NCBI GenBank assembly: GCA_963675755.2
Contig: CAXXMD010000002.1
Coordinates: forward strand, 1,184,001-1,248,000
Length of the DNA stretch: 64,000 nt
Direction: 5' to 3'
From: a bacterium
Lineage (GTDB): Bacteria; Zhuqueibacterota; Zhuqueibacteria; Residuimicrobiales; Krinioviventaceae
Position numbers and translations under genes: made by a program. Positions 59,973-64,000 of this stretch are shown here, in pieces. A model generated the notes under the pieces. The model was not told where the DNA came from. It saw only the letters and a list, made by a program, of their open reading frames with translations, and did not search any database. Within the stretch, counting starts at the first letter, position 1; each line of letters opens with the position of its first letter.

Positions 59973-62900
59973 ATTGCAATAACCATAAATATGCGTCTTC
60001 CAGTGTGGGTTGTACTGTTACCGCATCATCTGCAGGTTGTTCAATTGATAAACAGCGAATTCGGATCTTTTCATCTACCCGCATATGATGTATTACTGTA
60101 TACTTTTCACTCGTTTCACTAAACTCTGAGGGATCTATATAAAACTGCCAGATATGATCTTTTGCAAGGGTAACCATATTCATGGGATCACCAAGATAGC
60201 GTAATTGTCCCCTGTTCATAACCGCAACTTTATTACAGGAACTGGCTATATCTTCAATAATGTGTGTGGAAAAGATGACAATTCTTTCTCTGGCCAATTC
60301 TACCAGCAAATTTCTAAAACGAATACGTTCACGGGGATCCAAACCTGCTGTGGGTTCATCAACTACAAGAATACGTGGCAGATGTAACAGCGTTTGCGCA
60401 ATTCCCACACGTTGTTTCATACCACCGGAAAATGATTCTATCTTCTTGTGCTGATGTTCCAGCATATGAACAGCTTTTAAAACATACTCTATGCGTTCCA
60501 ACCGCTCTTTTTCATCTAATAATCCTTTAAGAATTGACTGGTAATTCAAAAACTCGAATGCCGTCATGTTCTCATACATGCCAAATTCCTGCGGTAGATA
60601 TCCAATCAATCCCTGCAGTTCTTCACGTTTTTCGTTGATATTGTACTGGTTTATCCAAATTCGTCCACGGGACTGGTCCAAAATTCCACAGATAATGCGC
60701 ATCAGTGTGGTTTTACCGGCACCATTGGGCCCCAGCAAACCAAACATACCACTGCCAATCTCGAGCGAGATTCCATCCAATGCCCGGAACGGATTCTTTT
60801 TTCGTCCAATCACTGGTATAAACTGGACCAATCGATAAAAATTCTTTCGAATTCCCTTAAACTTGCCCCGTATTCGAACGATATCAATTTTTTCACGATG
60901 CAAACGATTAGAAGTAGTATAAATCGCCAATGCCAAATACCACACAATGCCGATAAAAGCAACGATGGGTATATTGTCCCATTTCATATAAAAAATAAAC
61001 AGATTAATACCGGGTATCATCCACATGCAGAATTTAAACAATTTATCTGTTTTTGAACTTTTCCAGCGTTCCAACATGGGCTTTAGCAAATAAACCACAA
61101 AGAAAAATACAATATGGGACATGACAAACATCCAAAAACCACTGCGCAGGTAAAAATAGGTAAAGTAGATCAATCCACCTAGCAGGGGCAGTTCCCAGAC
61201 CAGGGTTTCCAGATCATGACGGGTTTTGTAGGATTTTAAAAATACCATCTTTTTCCCGCATGTGTTTACCCTTGTTCCACTCTCTTGAAAAACGGGAATA
61301 GTCGTCATAGACCTTGACCAGATGACGTATTTTTATGGTTATCTTTTCATCTGATCCTATCATTTCAGCGTTTGCACGACGCAAGCTTGTCAAGATAAAC
61401 AAAGTCATGGAAGGAATGACAAATAACAGTAAAAATACATCAATGAACCGCCATAGAATACTACTAACCTGTACATAAACCAGCCAAATTCCAAGGGCAA
61501 GTAATATTACCTGAATGAGTTTAATTTTCAATGATAAACCGTTGAACCATTCAATAGCGGTTTCAAGTCCAACATAGACCGTAGGGATAAATACCAGCGT
61601 AAACAAAGTACTGAGTGATAATCCGCCTATTACTGTTATGGCAAAAGGAGCTCCAATCTGAGAAACATATTCCGCTTTTCCCATTGCCAATGGAAGCATT
61701 GCAATAATTGTTGTAATAGCAGTGATCAGAATGGGACGGGTTCGTGCGTGTCCGGCCATCATAATCGCTCGGGTACGTGAATAATTGTTTCTAATCAACC
61801 AACGGGTATAATCTATAAAGATAATACCATTATTCACCACAACACCCAACAGGATAAGAAATCCTATTAACGTATTGGCATTGAGGATTGAATTACCTGT
61901 AAAGATCAGCGCCCATAACGATCCGATAGCAGCAAGCGGTATAGTGAACATCATAACCAAAGGAGTAGAAACCGATTCAAATACCGAAGCAAGAATCATA
62001 AAAATCAAAATAAATGCAGCGCCAATCAAAAAGTAAAAATCATCAAGTCCCAGATCTTCATGTATAATTTCTACTGCAACACCTGAAGGGAATTGCAGAT
62101 TTGCTACTAGCTGATCAATCTCGTAACGAGCATCATCAAGATACTCTTTGGAATCCAATACTTCATCAATAAACCGGTAATTGACTTCTATCAATTTTTC
62201 CTGGTTTACTCTGTTAATGCCGGCAAGTCCCTCAGAATAGATAATCTGGCTGAGATTCTGCAATTCATAGTTTCCACCGGATGAAGACGGAACCTGCAAT
62301 TCCTGTAAATCCTGAAATTTCTTTTCTTCCGTATTATCACTACGGATTACAATATCATATTCTTCATCATCCGTTTTAAAATTGACATTTGCGGAAAACT
62401 CTTCCTGAAACGCTGACAATTCACTGGATACAGAAGACAAGGGTACATTGTACATGCTGAGAATATTTTTATCCAGCATCAGGTGTATTTCGGGACGATT
62501 GTCAGAAACATTGACATTCGCATTATTTATTGATGTCAAATCCTCAAGATAGGTAACCAGATCATCAGCAACATTACGCATGATCTGAAAATCCGTGCCC
62601 TTGATTTCAATGCGCTCTTCTTCCCCACCAATTCCCAGCATCCTCTCAAATGAAGCACCAGGATTACGTGAACCGCCGCCTCCACGGAACCGACTGCTTG
62701 ATGTAGGCTCTGTAAAACTGATTTCAGATACCGGCAGCCGCATCCGGTCTATGCCTTCTTCAATATTATCTTTTATTTGCGGAATGATTCGTTTATTGAT
62801 GTCATAATAATCATCTTTGAGGATGATTGTAAGAATGGCCTCTTCTTCATAAATTTTAGAGATTACATCCTGTTTTTCTTCCAGACTTTCAAGCTGGCTT

Positions 62901-64000
62901 TCAACTTTGGCAACAAGCTGATCTGTATTCTCAAGTGTTGAACCACTTGGCATGGTAACGTACAGATTGATCTCTGTGGTTTCAGCCTCACTTCCTACGT
63001 TGATACTGACAGCCAAAGCGATCAATAAAGTTACAAAAAATGCTACTACCGTTAAAACGATAGTTCGAGCAGGATACCGCAAACAGGATTTCAGCAAAAC
63101 ATTATAGATTTGAAACAAACGGTTCTTCATGGATATCTGCACAAAATGGGTTATTTTGGTCATCCCCGAATGTTTTAGAATAAAATGAATAGCCATGGGA
63201 ATTAACAACAAAGCGACAACCAGGGAAACACCCAAAGTAGAAATAATTGAAACACCTACATGCCTGCCAAGCAATTTCACAAAAACGTTGGAAGCAAAAA
63301 TAAAGGGCAGGAATACGGTAATGGTTGTTAACGTTGCCGCGAATATGGAACGCCAGACCTGTGTTGTTCCATTCAAAACAGCATAATCCGGATCTTTACG
63401 ATTGGCATATAATCGATATATATTCTCCAGCACCACCACCGCATTGTCAAGCAGCATTCCTATGGCAAGGGCCATCCCTACCAGTGTCAGGCTGTTTATG
63501 CTGACATCAAAGGCATAAAAAAGGTTAAACGCAGTAATAATAGAGATGGGGATTGCCAAGGCGATAATAACAACCATGCGCATATTTCTTAAAAAGATCC
63601 ACAAGACCAGAACAGCCATCAAACCACCGGTCAGCGCAAGTTCCTTTATCAGGTTTATATTGGTTTCGACTGTTTCGGCAGAATCAGTTTGAATGACAAC
63701 TTCAACATCATCATTCTTTAATTCCCGGTTTAATCGGTCAATAACTTTGCGTGTATTGTGAGACAACACGATGAGATTCACCTGGGTATCACGCACAAGC
63801 TGTAATGTAATTGCATCCTTGCCGTTTACCCGGCTGATGGTCTCTTGCTGTTTCAAGCCAAAATAAACATCAGCAACATCTTTGAGATAAACAGGTCCCT
63901 CTTGATTAACGATAATATTTTCAATTTGAGAAACATCTGTGTAATCGGCAGTAATATTTACAAAGTAATGTAAATCATTCTGATAAACATGCCCTGCAAA
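59944..64000 (-). CDS. RND (AcrB-family) permease fused to an ABC ATPase, 5'-partial, one frameshift at 61234-61242
   Basis: RND motifs GMLLDNAVVVLENI, GVVVNNGI, RTRPILIT; ABC motifs GPNGAGKTT, FSGGMKQR, LVVDEPTAGLDP, STH. Frame open to 64000; deleting one base in TTTTTAAAA joins both ORFs. Confidence 0.8.

Noticed and set aside
61234-61242. Programmed ribosomal frameshift in the RND-ABC gene
   Set aside because: The join needs a +1 shift, the run is not an in-frame X XXY YYZ heptamer, and similar indels occur elsewhere in the window.

Overview
AT-rich bacterial chromosomal segment. Three secreted proteins with NYPNPFN-type C-terminal sorting domains, a GWxTD/TPR protein, a DUF6599 protein and Tat-exported enzymes suggest an FCB-group lineage such as KSB1 (inference, not tested). 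Core content: hybrid histidine kinase, htpG, nrdB-nrdA with tandem NrdR boxes, MCP, porin, mnmA, nhaA, glycan/sulfate-ester enzymes (GH106, sulfatase, FGE-PL11-like fusion), and a lysine-riboswitch-controlled operon (M20-lysC-dapB-dapA-dapF-dapL-lysA). Best leads: (1) a separately promoted CPBP-GNAT-divergent PurD-like ATP-grasp-Ate/Bpt-like transferase-beta-barrel cluster that looks like an uncharacterised amide-forming pathway; (2) an RND permease apparently fused to an ABC ATPase; (3) a sigma-region-2-only mini-protein behind a textbook FNR-type promoter with a second operator; (4) a tyrosyl-radical-less class Ic-type NrdB; (5) a small secreted-protein gene enclosed by a perfect 14-bp inverted repeat. 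Five single-base frameshifts in four genes, mostly in homopolymers, suggest assembly indel errors. No rRNA, tRNA, CRISPR array, transposase or integrase was recognised. All calls are by eye from motifs; no database search was run.
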